Assembly (NCBI GenBank): GCA_965112735.1 | Contig: OZ218964.1 | Span: forward strand, 1,054,001 to 1,118,000 | Reading direction: 5' to 3' | From: Phaeosaccion multiseriatum | Lineage: Eukaryota > Protista > Ochrophyta, other classes | DNA length: 64,000 bases | Shown: one piece after another, positions 1 through 13,824 of the stretch | Position numbering within the stretch: the stretch's first letter is position 1 | Layout of the letters: each line of letters begins with the position of its first letter | The notes under the pieces: generated by a model | Databases searched by the model: none | What the model saw: the letters and a program-made list of their open reading frames with translations, nothing else | Told to the model about the DNA's origin: nothing | Program-made: the position numbers and the translations under genes

Positions 1-516
1 AACATCCTTATTTATGCAGGTGGCATACTCTTCGCTATTGCATCGTGAGAAGTTCCTTCTATCGTACCGCAGTGAGGCCGAGAGAGGGAATGAGTTTCAG
101 CAGGCCAGTGGATGAACAACAAGAACGTACGTCTCGGTGCCTCAAGTCGAGGCCTGGCGGGGGCCTAAATCCGCCCGAGGGTCCTTTCTAGCTCCAGCAT
201 CTTGGCGGCCTGACCCCTGTCCACCCTTGCATACACCTGGGCTTCAGTCCTGCGCCCTCCCTCCCCTCCCCTTGCCTCTCCCTGGCCTCCGCCATTACCG
301 TCGCCACCTTCCCCTGCGCCTTCACCTCCTTCACCTTCGCCCTCGCTCTCATTGCTGCGGCTGCTCCTGCTGCTGCTGCTACTACTGCAACTGCTGTAGC
401 TTCCGCCCTCCCCTTGGCTCAATTGGGAGCTCAGTCTCTGCGGCTGTGCCCACTCGTAGCAAAAGGGTGAAGAGACAGACCCCGAGCCCCCCTCTCCTGC
501 TCGAAGCGCCCCCCTC

Positions 517-2049
517 TCAACCGCGATGGACGGCGTCAGCGGTGGCCTCCTCCTCTCCCCGCCCCCCCCCCCCTCCTCCTCCTCCTCCTCCTCCTCCTCC
601 TCCTCCTCCTGTCCCCAGGGCCGCCTCTACGACCTGCCCTCTCAGTCGCGACCGCAGCTCCGCTATCTGATCCGCATATCCCCTCTCGCTCCATCCCTCC
701 GCAGCCCCCAGGGCCAAGCCTAGCTCGAGCATCTGCCCTCCCTCCTCCCCCACCCTCCCGCCTACGATGCTAGACCCGGTGTTGGCAGCACTTCCGGCAA
801 CAGTCCCCGGCCCTGCCCTCCTCCCATATAGCCCAAACCCTTGCTCCTGCCGTCGCTGCCGCCCTGACCCTGACCCTGACCCCCCAGGTCCCCTCCTCAA
901 ATCGCGCAGTCCCCCACTTTGTACAAAGGGCTCCGGTGGCTCTCCTCCTCCCGCCCTGCTGCTCCTGCTGCTGGTGCGACGACGCAAGGCATGCAGCGCC
1001 TCAGACCCAGACTCCTCCTCCTCCTCCCCCTCCCCCTCCCCCTCCCCCTCCTCCTCCTCCTCCTCCTCCTCCTCCTCCTCCTCCTCCTCCTCCACCACCA
1101 CCCTTTGCTGCTGCTGCTGCCGCTGCTTCCGCTGCGTCGTCTGTAGAGGACTAGGCCGGAGCACCCACCCCCTCTCGCCGCTGTTGGAGGCGCCGTCCTG
1201 GTGCTGTAGGGGCGACGGCGCCGCTGCCGACCAGCCGCCCTCCCCGCCGAGCGAAACGTTCCCGGAGCCTGCGCCGGCCTCCGTTCCTGCCTGGGCTTGG
1301 ATTTGGTGCTGCTGTTGGTACCGGCGCTGAAGGTCCTCCTCCTCCTCCTGCTGCTGGTGGTGCAGCTGCTGTCGAAGGAGGCGAGAGTGCTCCATTTCCA
1401 CCTTGGCCACATCGTGGTTGGCCTCGCGCAACGACTGAACCACGTCTCCCAACCGCCTCTCCTCGCCCATCCTCCTCGCTCGAAGTGCCTCCGCGGAGCG
1501 CTCCAAGCCTTCCACTTCGGCTGCCATCTCCTCCCGCCTCCCCGCCAGGCTCTGAAGCTCCCTCTGTCCACTCTCAAGAATGCTCACCAGAGAGTGCGCC
1601 TCCTCCCGCATCTCCTGCGCTACTCTCTTGGCTTGCTCTAGTTCCTGCTGACTCGCAAGCTTTTGCTGCCGTTGCCCAGCTTGCTCCTTCTCCGTCCTCA
1701 AGGCTTCCTTTGAGAGTGAGAACGAAACAAAGAGAAGGAAGAGACAGTTATTTAGGGTACATGGGTGTGCGGGCAGGTGACAAGTCCGACGCCTCGCGGC
1801 CGACCGGTGACAAGGTGACAAAGAGAGAGGTGCTGCTGCATCGGCAATGGCCCCCCGCGTCCTTTCTGTCCTTCCTCCTCCGCTCTAGTCGGGGTGTTCG
1901 AGAAAGTGCCCTCACTTCCTCGACCTTACGTGTCCTCACGCACCTGTTTGATCCGAGCATCGAGGGCTTGTGCCTCCAGGCTGAGCCTTTCTCGCTCCGC
2001 CGCCATCTGTTGGTAGCGCTCCTGCTCCAAGCTCAGACTCGTCTCCAGC

Positions 2050-2097
<48 letters not shown>

Positions 2098-2728
2098 GGT
2101 GGGAGGGAGGGGAGACGCGATAGGCATGAGGCGATGACAAGCTGCCTGCCTGCCTTAAAGCCTGTCTGCTTTCCCTGCCTATCTCCTGCCTGCCTGCCCG
2201 CCTGCCTACCAGCCTGCCCTCACTCACTCACTCACTCACTCACTCACTCACTCACGCACTCACTCATTCATCCATTCACCCACCCCATACCTGCGCCGCC
2301 CTTGCCTCTGCTCGGCTGCTCATCATCTCTGCTGTCCGCCCCTTGCGCCGAAAGGCGTCAACCCGACCCTTTTCCTCCTCCAACAACTTCTGCTCGCGCC
2401 ACAACTCTCGCTGCACGGTGAGCTGCTGCTCCAAAGCGGCCTTGACCTCCTGCTCGAGGGCTTGGAGGCGGGCGCTATCCGCGGCCGATACCTCCTTCGA
2501 GTGCTGAATCTCCTCCTGCTTGCGGTGTATCTCCGCCTCCACTGCCCGCCGTTCGTGTGCGACGGCGAGCGCGCGTCGCTTCTCTTCGTCCTACAGCAAA
2601 AGCAAGCGAGGCGAGCACAAGGGAATGGGGAGAGGAGACAACACTTTACTCATTGACTCAAGTCTCTCTCCCTCCCCCACTCCCTGACTTCCTTTGAAGT
2701 CTCTCCCTCCCTCCCTCCCTCCCTCCCT

Positions 2729-2767
<39 letters not shown>

Positions 2768-5700
2768 TCCTTCACGCACCGTCGCTCGCCGCAAGTCCTC
2801 AAGCTCTCTGTGTGCAATGCCTGCAACTTTGCGCATCTCCTCCACCTCTTGTCGGGCCCCGACAGCAATGTGAAGCTCCCTCGCGGCGCTCTCCTCCGCC
2901 GCAGATGCCTGCCCCTGCAGCTCCTCGAATCGCATAGCATCGTCCTTCACGAGCTGACGCAGCTGAGTGAGCTCGGCATGCAGCAGCCCAGCTTCCTCCT
3001 TTGCCCGCTTGACTGCCTCCTGCTGCTGCTTCACCGCCCCCTCCAGCTCCTCCTTGGACTCTGCCAAGGCATCCACCGCACGTTGTTCCTTCTCTACTTG
3101 CTCCTGAATCGCCACGAGCCGCTTACCCTCGGCCTCCGCCTCCGTTCTCTTGTCGTCCGCCATCACCATGGCCTCCCTCGCTGCACTCACAGCAGCCTTG
3201 GATTGCGCTTGTGCCTCCTCAACCTCCCCGCGGAGGCGCTTGAAACGACTCTCTGCCGCCTGCTCCCTCTCGACCTGCTCCGCTCGCGTGTCACGTAGGG
3301 CGGACATTTCCCCTGACACCAAGTTCTGTACCTCGTGTAACTTGGTGCCGCTGTCTCTGAGTTGCCTGTTGACCGCGTCCAGCAACTCCGTCTTCTTGGC
3401 CACCTCCTCCTTCACGTTGCGCAAGCGCTCTTCACCCGCCACTCTCTGAGCCTCCACCTCACTCTCCACACTGGTCCTACGCGCCTCTGCTTCGCTCAAC
3501 TGCTCTTTGATAACCCCGAGTCTTCCCTCCTTCTCCTCAAGCTCCGTGGTGACGGCGACCAAAGTAGCCCTCTTCTCTCTCAAATCCGCCGCCACTCGAG
3601 GCTGCTCGCGACACATGTCCTCGAGGTTAGCCTCCACTTGCTCTGAATGTCCACGCACCGTCGCAATGCGCGCTTCCACTTCCTCCAGCTCAGTGTGTGC
3701 CGCCGCGAGCTGTCGAGACAAGGACACCTCCTCGCTCTCTCTCCTCCTTTGCAGAATGCCCAGTCGACCTTCCGTCTCGCGAATCTCTTGCCTGAGGTGT
3801 TGCAACTCCTCCACAGCTGCGGTTCGGCTCTCCTGCGCGCCCTTGGCTGCCGCTCGCAATCTCTCTTCCTCCCGGGCCAGCTGGAGCTGTGCATCCTCCA
3901 TCGAGCCCGTCTCCTTCTCTGCCAGCAGCTTGAGCTCACTCACTTTCCTCTCCATGTGCTCCACGTCTTGCGCATGCCTCCGCCTACTGTCCTCCATCCT
4001 CTTGCAGTGTGCAGCGTCGTTCTCTCTCACCTCCTCCAACCGGGCTTCAACCCGCATCACCTCTGTCCTCGCTCGATCAAGCCGCACCTGGAGAGAGTCC
4101 AGTTCCTGTTCAGTTGCGGTTTTGGTGCTCTCCAGCTCATCTTCCCTCCGCAAAGTCATCTCCTGGGCCGCCTTGCGCCTTCCCTCCCACTCCGCCACTT
4201 CGCTACGTAGCAACTTGAGAACTTCTTTGGCAGACTGAGCTTCCTTCATTGCCAGACTCTCGTCCTCCTCGGCTTTCTCCTTTGCCGCCTTGCTCCTCGC
4301 CTCTGCCTGGGTCACTTGGTCATTGAGGGCGATGATCTGCTGCCCGAGGGCCTCCCCTTTCTCCACTGCTTGCAGCAGCTCACCCTCTGCTCGGCGATGG
4401 GCAGCAGCATCCCTCATCAGTGCCGCCCGCACCCCTTCCGCCTGACTCACGATTTCCGAGAGGGCATGCTGCGCCACCTCCACTTCCTCTTGCGCTGCCA
4501 ACGCCGCTTCCACCCCGCTTATGAGCCCCTCCACAGACCCCGCGCTCTCCATCGTATCAAGATTTCCGCGCCACCACGTTGTCCTTCGAGCCGCCGCTTC
4601 GCGCGCTCCGTCTCGGTCATTTCCATCACCTCCATCGTCATTTCGTCCTCTCCTTTCTCTGCTTCGCCCTTCTCCTCCTCTCTTTCCAGCGGTTGGGGAC
4701 CCACCAACGAGGTTGCTCGAGGAGTCGTCTCCGACGCCTCCGGCACCTCCGGCACCTGCGGCACCTCCAGCTCGTCGCTCTTCCTGTTTGACAAGATCAT
4801 GTAGCTCTCCGAGCTCCGCAGGGAGGGAAGCAAGGGTGGCAAAAAGAGTCCTTCCGCTCGCTCGCCCCGTCACTCGTCCGCTGATTCGGGCACTGACTCG
4901 TCCCCGTCCAATGGTGCCACCTCCGCTACCACCACCACCATCACCATCACCATCTGCGGCTACCTTGCCCAGTCCATGGAAGCCCTCGCGACTGACCCTC
5001 CTCTTGCCAGCTAAGGGCGAGAGGGGCCACTCGGGTCGCTCGATCGTCTCTCCCCTGTCTCGTACACCTGCATCACTGAGGCGGCCTGGACTGAATAGAG
5101 CTGCTGAAGCGGAGGCTGAGGCATCGAGGGCACCGCCGTGGTCCTTGACTTCACCATTGCCGCTATGGTCGAGGCGGTGGTCGTAGCTGGAGAGACCAAC
5201 GTGTTCCTCTTGCTCTTGCTCTTGCTCTTGTCCTCGCTCTCGCTTTCGCTCTTGCCCTCGCTCACGAACTTCCTCCTCTTGATCATCGAAGCTGCCGTGC
5301 GATCGTCGCCCGCGGCGTATAAGCTCATGTAGAGCCTCGATTCTCCCCATCATTCTCTCCGTGGTCAGTGCCACTGCTGACTTAATGGCCACTAGCTCCT
5401 CCTCCAAACATTCCACTCCCTTCTGAGTCTCCGCGTCTGCTGCTATGGCCGCTATGGTCCCTCCTCCCTCTTCTTCTTGTTGTTGTTGCTGTTGTGCGAC
5501 GAGGGCATCTCCCTCGGCCTTGTTATCCAAGGCCTCCAGCCGCCGCATAAAATCAAGCTTGCGCACTTCAAAGCACTGACTCTCCCACTGGAGCTGAGCC
5601 CGAAGCCTGGCCAGGTCCTCCAGAAACTCCGAGGCGAAGAGAGGCGCAGGGGCTGAGGCTCCTCCTGCTCCTTCCCCTTCTGCTTCTTCTTTCGAGTGAC

Positions 5701-7944
5701 TTGATACCCTGCTCATGAGGGTGGTGCGAACCCTGTCTACCGCCGAGCTGAGCTGTTGAATATTGAACACCATCTCCTCGTCGGCCTCCGCCACCCGGTC
5801 GAAGAGCGCATCTGGAACACCGCCTCTCCTCCTCACGCCCTCGACGGTTACATCGACACTCCCATCCAATCCTCTCAGCATGCCACTCGACTGGTCGGGG
5901 CCCTCACTCTCACCCTGACTTGAATCCTTGCTCTTCCCCCGACCCTCCATCTCTCCCTGCCCTGGTCCGTGCCATCGAGATTGATCCTCACCCCGATCCG
6001 CGCCCATTTCCAGAGAATTGCTGCGCCTGTTTCCATCGCCCTGTCGCCCCTCGCTCATCGGCCCGTCTGCAGCGTCTCTAAAGAGAGCAACGCTGTCCTG
6101 GGCCACAACCAAGGCAGCCTTTAGCTGACCAATCTCCGCCGTTTGGGCAGCGAGGATTTGCTGTGTGGCCTCCAAATCTGCCGTGGTTTCCACAAATGCA
6201 CCGCCTAGAATACGAAATCAGTGTAGAGAGAGACAACAAGAACGGAACAGATACGATCAGGTTTACTCAGTTTTCAGGCCAAATCGCCAAATAAAGCAGT
6301 TGTGGTGGTGGTGGTGGTGATGGTGATGGTGTGGGGGGGCTGGCGTGAGGAGTCAAGAGCCCCAGAGCAGCTCTTGCCTCTCTTTGACTGACTGGCTTCA
6401 CAGACGACAAACCAACACGCACCGAGGTCGCTGGATTCCTGCACCAGGCGTGTTCGTACGTCGTCGCCAGCCTGCACAGCCAAGTCTTTCTCCTTCACCT
6501 GAAGGGAAGAAGGAGCAAGATGAGGCTTAGGAGACCCATACTTGCCACCGCAGTGCCACGGAAAGTCGTGAATCATTTTGCTTGCTCGCTCCCTCTCTCT
6601 ATTGATTGTGTCTCCGGCATCACTTGAACCCACCTCTCCTTGAAGTGCAAGCACCCTCTGCCTCTCTTCCTCCAGGGCCGCCTCCAGCTCCTTCCTCCTT
6701 CCCTCGCTGAACCTGTCGGAGCGAGTGAGAGGCCACCACAGAGAGAGAGAGAGAGACGAGGGGGGCATCGGGGGAGAGACAGGCACAGCAATGAGTCCAA
6801 TGAGTCGGTGAGGTGACCTCCCTTGTTCTGTTGTGCTGTCATTCCGCGACATGGGCGATCGCTTCTGCTTCCCAGGTCGGTGTCAGTCTCTTTCTTCAGT
6901 CGCGAAGATGTATCGTCGGGCGTGTACACTTTTTGCTTCTCCATCTGTTCCATCTCCAATCTTGGACGTCGTCTCTACTCTCTACTCCCTCTCACCTCTC
7001 CCTGGCAGCTTCACGTTCCTCCGGACTGACCGATGTTCCGTCCAACATACTCAGAGAGGGACAGCAGAACACCGAAAAATTGCGGCACTGAGGCAGCTTG
7101 GCGATGGGGTTGTCTCTCAGTGTCACGCTGGCAAGTCCGGTGAGCGGTGTAAGATGGCTTAGGTCCTCGAGCACAGCAAGCTTGTTGCGTGCCAGCCGGA
7201 GGGATTGAAGGGCCACCATTTTGGACAGGGACGCAGGGAGGCGACTCATCGCATTGCCTGGTACGGACACAGAATGCGGACGGAGCGAGGAAGAGGAGGA
7301 GAAGAAGAAGAAGAAGAAGGAGGAGGAGGAGGAGGAGGAGGAGGAGGAGGAGGAGGAGGAGGAGGAGGAGGAGGAGGAGGAGGAGGAGGAGGAGGAGGAG
7401 GAGGAGGAGGAGGAGGAGGAGGAGGAGGAGGAGGAAAAGTAAGGATGATGCTTGGATCTGCTCACCTCACCCCCCCCCCCTGCCAAATGACGAAGGAAAG
7501 GTCTTTGGAGCCTACCACCACGACAAGAGCATTTTCCCCTCTGTAACGTCTGCTGACCTCGTCCACGTCGCAAGTGAATTCTCCCTACCCACCTTCCAGG
7601 TTGAGCTTGCGCAGCCTTGTGCTAAGCGAGAGGACTCCATCTATCCGCCGCAGGCCATTGTCGCTGAGATCCAAAGAAGTCAGCGTCGCCGCCAACCCGC
7701 TTAGAGATTGAACGCTGGTGATGAGGTTGAAGGAGACATCCAGATGCGAAAGTCGCGTCAACGGCATCAGAGGCGCCGCCGTCAACTCCTTAATCTTACC
7801 GCCGGGCATTCGCTTGCGGAGGTTAAGGCTGAGCGACGTCACCTCCGCCAGAGGCGTGTCTCCCACTGTCTGTCTAACGAGCGCGTCTGTGAGGTGCACC
7901 ACGTGGAAGCGGATAGCGGTCGAGTTCGGGCTGGGGCTCCTCAT
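517..7944 (-). CDS. Centriolin-like protein: N-terminal leucine-rich repeats plus LRR-cap followed by a very long coiled coil; about 8 exons
   Basis: SDS22-like LRRs (LSHLDVSFNLITSVQSL, LTSLDLSDNGLRRI, LQSLRLARNKL) and LRR-cap (LRDNPIAKLPQCRNFSVFCCPSLSMLDG). GT-AG exons about 7944-7593, 7257-6996, 6712-6634, 6498-6423, 6204-2779, 2590-2291, 2048-1944, 1707-517, with E/Q/K/R heptad-rich coiled coil. The start may lie upstream (about 8363) and the 3' end may extend to about 165. Confidence 0.75.
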
Positions 7945-8694
7945 TTCCTGCTCGTTGGAAGGGGGATAGAGACACACACAGAGTCAACGAGCGCAGGGAA
8001 CTCCTCTGTGTCCAACAGAGAGCTACAGCAGTGTCGTATAGACGATGATCCTGCATCGGAGGAGTCGTAGTGTTGTGGGTGTCGCTCGTGAGAGGTATTA
8101 CTGGAAGGTCCCTTTCCCCACCTTTGTGTCCGACCTCCGTCGATTGCTGCTCCGCCGTGCTCTTTCATGACTCGATTCCAGCTCAGCATTCGACGCGTGT
8201 GTATTCATCTTGGATCCGCCGGTGGAGCGGTGGTCTGGCCCTCCTTCTGTTGCAGCCCCTCGCCTGCCTCGACTGCTCTCGCCGATGCTGCTGCCGCCGC
8301 TGCTGCCACCCACTCTCATCTCTGCTACCTTGTCCATAGCTCGCAGGCGGTAGCTTTGATGCATATTCCTTAAAAGGGTGCCCCCTATCGAACCACACGC
8401 CCCACCTGCCCTCCTGAACACAGAGGGGTGCGAGGGTGAACAAACGGGAAGATTTTGAACGAGAAAACCCCGAACTGGCACCCAAACTGGGCGTTTCGGA
8501 ATCCTCCCTGTGAAGAAAGAGAGAGAGAGAGAAAAAAAAAGAAAGAGAGAAGAGAAGAGAGAGAGAGAGAGAGAAAGAGCGATTGGCCGACTCAAAAGGC
8601 TGCAGAGCTCTGGAACGAGTTTGTAGAGCGCGAAGGCTGCTGGATTGCTGAAACGCGACCCGCGGGAGCGGCAGCACCAGAAGAGAAGTACAGG

Positions 8695-11197
8695 ATGGCG
8701 CTGGTCAGCACGGAAGGGATGTTTGACAATAGAGAGCCCGGGGGGTTCAAGATGAAGGAGAGACCGGACGACCAGAAGTGGCCACGGCCGCTTTCCGGGG
8801 AGGGCAAGCGACGGGTGCTGACCAACAAGCCCGACTTGTACTCCGTGGGAGACATCTCGGGGACACAGTCCCTGCGCCTGCACAAGGACACAAACAAGAC
8901 TGATTACAGCCTCTTGCTCGACGATATAGAAGGAAGCCGGCCTCGCAGGAACGTCTTCATGAAAACGAACCGCTCCGTCGATCCCCTCAATCCTAAATAC
9001 GACCTCCCTGGTTTTGAAGTGCAGTCCCACCCCACTACCCACTGCTTGAGGGATGGGCTGTGTATCGACGATATTGCGGGGGCAAGGGCCCCGGCTCAGC
9101 ACCGGTGGACCACCCGGCCGAGCAATTACATCGCCGACATTGACGGAACATCGACGGGCTGGAAGCCTAAGCATCAGCGTGCTCGGAGGGAAGCGCCCCC
9201 GCACGAGTACAATATGAACGTGCACGACATTACAGGGGTGGGGTTTAGTACCACCCGCAGCACCAACCCCCTCTCTCCCCATTACCGCGTCAATGGGATG
9301 GACGTGGGGGATGATCCAGTGAAGAGTAGACCCCGTGCCCTACCCAAGAAGCGGAACGGTCCCTTCTACTCCCTTCTGACGTCGGACATTGACGGGACGC
9401 AGCCTGGATGGAAGCCCCCCATCCTCATGAACCCGCCCTTGGAGAAGAGGACGCACTTCCGCAATACGAACTTCATCGGAGACATCCCTGGGGCACAGGC
9501 AGACACTGTACACCACTCGATTCGCACCACGCGCGAGGTGAGAGAGAAGCTGCTTACTACTTTTGTTGTGTTATCTTCCGGTGCCATCCCATGGGCACCT
9601 CTTTGCATCCACAGTCTTCGCATATCCTCATTCGCTCACGCACTTGCATACTCTCCTTCTCGTGCCTCGTCCCGTCTTTTTAGGTGAACCCTCTCAACCC
9701 CACGTACGCCGGCCTGGACGGAGAGGAGCTCAAGAACCCTTGCACGCCTTTGTACAACGACCCCGCAGGAGAGGCCTTGACTGCGGCAGCCGCCGCCGCC
9801 GCCACCGCCGCCGCCGCAAGAGGGGGGCGTGGAAGCAGTAACCAGAGCGGAGAAGATGACCCCTCAATGCCGAGGACAGGAGGAGCGGCGACCACCGCAG
9901 CGAGCGCAACCTCGCGAGGAAGCATGTCATCTAGAGGGGCCTTTAACAGTCAGCGGACGCACACCTCCTCCACTGTCAGCAGGGGAGCAGCGGCGAGCAC
10001 GGCAGGCTCGGAGGAGGGATCCTCCCGAAACAAGGACCAGCGCATTGCTCGGCTGGAGGCGGAGATCAAGCGACTTTCCTCCTCGCACTCTTCCCGGCGA
10101 CAAAGCTACTCGCCCCTCCCCCCGTCGACCTCAGGAGGAGGAGGAGGAAGAGCAGCAGCAGCCATCGGCAGAGATGGCACTGCCTCAGACAAGAGAGGCA
10201 ACAGAAACACGGGCAGCAGTAGGAGCAGCTGCAGAGGTAGAATAAGTCGTAGTAGCAGCCAAGGGGCAGCCCCAGGAGCAGGATTTGGAGGCTTCCCATG
10301 GTCGACCGGCCCTAGGGAGGAGGGACGCAGAGGAAGCGGCGATAGCGGCCGGGAAAGCTCGAGAGGGATGACGTCTTCTTCCCTGCAGTCTTGTAGCACC
10401 ATGAATCGCAGTGCGGGGGATGGAGGAGGAGGTGAGACAGGAGGGGGGGAGGTCGCGTTTGTGCCTCCTCGCCAAAGCTCCGCGGGGAGCGACCCTTCCA
10501 CCTGGCGGCGCTCTTGGGGCTCTGGAGGAGGAGGAGGAGGAGGAGGAGGAGGAGGAGGAGAAGGAGGAGGAGGAGGAGGAGGAGGAGGAGGAGGAGGAGG
10601 AGGAGGAGGAGGAGGAGGAGGGAGGAAGGAGGAGGAGGAGGAGGAGGAGGAGGAGGAGGAGGAGGAGGAGGAGGAGGAGGAGGAGGAGGAGGAGGAGGAG
10701 GAGGAGGAGGAGGAGGAGGAGGAGGAGGAGGAGGAGGAGGAGGAGGAGGAGGAGGAGGAGGAGGAGGAGGAGGAGGAGGAGGAGGAGGAGGAGGAGGAGG
10801 AGGAGGAGGAGGAGGAGGAGGAGGAGGAGGAGGAGGAGGAGGAGGAGGAGGAGGAGGAGGAGGAGGAGGAGGAGGAGGAGGAGGAGGAGGAGGAGGAGGA
10901 GGAGGAGGAGGAGGAGGAGGAGGAGGAGAAGGAAGAGGAGTAGGTGCGGAGGATAAGTTCGGAGGAGCCCTTGAGATTGTGATGGTGGCGTCGGCCTCGC
11001 GTGGTGGTGCCGGCAGCAGTAGGGCTGAGCAGCAGGGAGCGTGGGCTGGAAGCAGAGGCCAGAGCGGTGCAAGTACAGCCGAGAGGCTGGTGCTCAGGAG
11101 CTCCAATGGCGCGCCACGCGTCCAGCTCACGCCGGCAGAGAAGAGAGCTGCACGTGAGTATACAGACGCTGTTGACGGCGTTCGAGCGCTGTGCTGA
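8695..11197 (+). CDS. Uncharacterised repeat protein with recurring DIxG[AST] and [ND]PLxPxY motifs and a low-complexity C-terminus
   Basis: Repeats DISGT, DIEGS, DIAGA, DIDGT (x2), DITGV, DIPGA and DPLNPKY, NPLSPHY, NPLNPTY. GT-AG intron 9538-9683 joins REVNPLNP in frame. The likely C-terminus (REYTDAVDGVRALC*) requires a frame change inside the (GGA)n tract near 10621-10628. Confidence 0.7.
10523..10940. repeat. About 420-bp (GGA)n microsatellite
   Basis: Nearly pure GGA run, directly visible. Confidence 0.95.
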
Positions 11198-11676
11198 GGA
11201 GGGGACGTGAGGCTCTGTGTGCTGCTGCGAGCAACTATTGATTCATCACTTGTGTACGTGATGTACAGTAAAGAGTAATTTTGCAGTTTTGCAACCTTTT
11301 TTCTTTTTTTCGGCCCCAAAGGAAGGGAGAAGCTTTCGTTCTGTGGTTGGTGCGCACAACGTAGAGTGTATAGAGGGAGGACTAAAAACGAATACCGTAC
11401 ATGGTAAGTATATTGAACAAAAATAGAAAATGAAGAGTGTGCCTCATTTTCTAGAGGGGGGACGTGAGGGGAGGAGGAGTGTGATCGTGGGGTGGTTTGG
11501 TGTGGATGGTGCATGACTCAGACGGATAGTTTGGTCTCAGTTCAATCGGGGGAACGTTACTCAATCCTGTATGTTCACTCCCTACAAGGATGCTCTCAGT
11601 CAAAGTGTGTGACTGCAGACGCGGCCGCATGACACCCTCTCTTTGGCCCTTGGCCAGTCCCGAGATGTGTCGCCGA

Positions 11677-11717
<41 letters not shown>

Positions 11718-11745
11718 GCATGCGCAAAAAGCAAGAGCAATGCGT

Positions 11746-12331
11746 TTACTTGCACCAAGTGATGACAATCGCCCCATTCATCTTGGTGGCCATGAGAGTG
11801 GTGCAGGAGCTGCCCTGAGGCACTACAGAGAAGCCGAGCAGCCGCAGACTCGCCATGGCTGAGCGCACCATACAGGCAGCGAGGAGTTCGGTGTCGAAGA
11901 ACCCTTTCGGACTCCGGAACGTCATGGTGTGGATCTGGGAACAGAACAGAGCGTAGAACAAGAGGGGGGGGTCAAGGAAAGGGGGGAGAGAGGGGACAGT
12001 GAGGAGGAGAGACGAGACAGGCTGAGGGGGGAAGAGTGCCTCCATCGTGAAAGATGCTCACAATTTATTCATCCACTGCGAGCTGCACCACACACCAACA
12101 ACACGCTCCCTCGTTGCATTCGTTCCTACCTTGAGCTCAAGCGGCGCCTGCGTGCTCTGCGTGTCTCCGACTCGGATGATGGCAGCGACTTTCACAGTCG
12201 ACTGGTTCACTGCAACCTTGCGAAGCTCGCTCTCGGTCGCACCTCGGAGCCTCTTGGTCGGGCGGGGGGCGACGGAATCGACCACGGAAGTGGCAGCAGA
12301 CTCGCTGGGAGGGGGGCGCACCTGCGCCCCG

Positions 12332-12391
<60 letters not shown>

Positions 12392-13192
12392 ACCTCCCTT
12401 CCACAGGCGCCTCCCTGTAGTGGCTCTTCCTGCTCGTCATTTGCTACGGACACGGCCAGGTAGCCGCCACCGCCTTCAGGAGTAGAGTGTCCCCCGCTGT
12501 GGAAAGGCTGGTCCTGCACCATGATGGACTGCCGGACTTGCGCAGTGGAAGGTTCCTCTGTTGGGCCCGAGGGCAGGAGGATGTGCACTTTGCGGATGAA
12601 AAAAGAGGAGAGCTCGGTGCCAGAGGGCGTGAGTCCACTGGTCTCACGGAGAAGGAGCTGTGTCCTCCATGTGGAGTGCCAGCTTGTGGGCTCCACGGTA
12701 GGATGGTCTCCGTACTTGTTGGTCCAAGCCTCCTTCCAAAGACGGTGGTTTGGTTGATTCCACGCCTGAGGGGTGAGGGAGGGAGGGAGGGAGGAAGGAA
12801 GGGAAGGAGGGAGGAGAGGAAGGATAGGGGCTCGTCAGGAGAAGGTTGGAGGGAAGGCTGGATATCAACAGCGAGAGAGTTGACAAGGAGGGAGGTTGAG
12901 GTTGAGAGAGAGAGGGAGGGAGGGAGGGAGGGAGGGAGGGAGGGAGAGGGAGAGAGGGAAAGAGGGGGGGGGGGGGGGGAGAGGCAGAGAGGCAAAAAAG
13001 AGATATCCAAAGAAGGGAAAAGGGAGAGATGAGCGAGAGGGAGAGAAAGAGAGGGAGGGAAAGCCTGCAGAGGGGCGCACTTCGACGTACCGCACAGCTG
13101 GCGTTGACATGAAACAATGATGCTGCATCGAGGAAGCGCATGACCTCTCTCCAAAGCGTGGAGGGCGGCCGCGGGCAGTCGTTGGCATTCAT
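11746..13192 (-). CDS. F-box-like protein, paralog A (3 or more exons)
   Basis: F-box-like N-terminus PSTLWREVMRFLDAASLFHVNASCA spliced (intron about 13090-12767) to AWNQPNHRLWKEAW...PTSWHSTWR. Last exon (about 11935-11746) contains FRSPKGFFDTELLAACMVRSA. Colinear homology with paralog B. Confidence 0.65.
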
Positions 13193-13577
13193 GATGGCAA
13201 CAAGCTGAGGATGGTGTGGTGTGAGAATAGCCCGATAGACCAGTCATTGCTCTGTACGTGTTCGAGAACATCCTGTGGAGGTACCTGGCAGCAGGAGAGG
13301 GGTGGGAAAAGTTGGAAGGCGTATAGGGAGTTGAGGGAAGAACTCCATCGAACTGAAACTGCATTTGAAACTGAAACTCACACATTCCGTGGAAAAAAAA
13401 AAAATTGACGCAAGGGGAAATTCGCGAGTCGAAGGCGAGGTTTCTCTGGCTCCTGGTTTACCTTCTGGGCCGTAGCCCCCTCCTGGCTTCGGGCTTCTGG
13501 CCGCAGGCCAGACGGTCTGGCTTCTGGCTTCTCAGGCTGGGCGGATGCGGGGGTGGGAGAAAAAAACAAATGAATGG

Positions 13578-13801
13578 TCGACCCCTGACACGGCCGCTAT
13601 CCGCTAGTATCCGCTATTGCCGGCGCCAGCCGGCTTTGACGGGCGGGGGGGGGGGGGGGGGGGGGGGGGGGGTTGTGGGGGCGTGCTATCCGCTGTCGCC
13701 GGCGCCAGCCGATCCGCTATCCGCTATCGGCCGGCGGCCGAGCCGATCATAGCGCGATAGCGCGCTATCGAGAAAGTGGGCGATAGCGTGTCAGGGGTCG
13801 A
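13578..13801. mobile_element. MITE family A, copy 1
   Basis: Terminal inverted repeats TCGACCCCTGACACG ... CGTGTCAGGGGTCGA, internal CCGCTAT heptamers, flanking direct repeat AATGG (13573-13577 / 13803-13807); shares internal sequence with the copy at 15695. Confidence 0.75.
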
Positions 13802-13824
13802 TAATGGGGGGGGCGGGGGGGGCG

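Noticed and set aside
8098-9282. 394-aa minus-strand ORF
   Set aside because: Mostly an antisense shadow of the DIxG repeat gene plus a GA microsatellite; only 8363-8120 might be a 5' exon of the LRR gene
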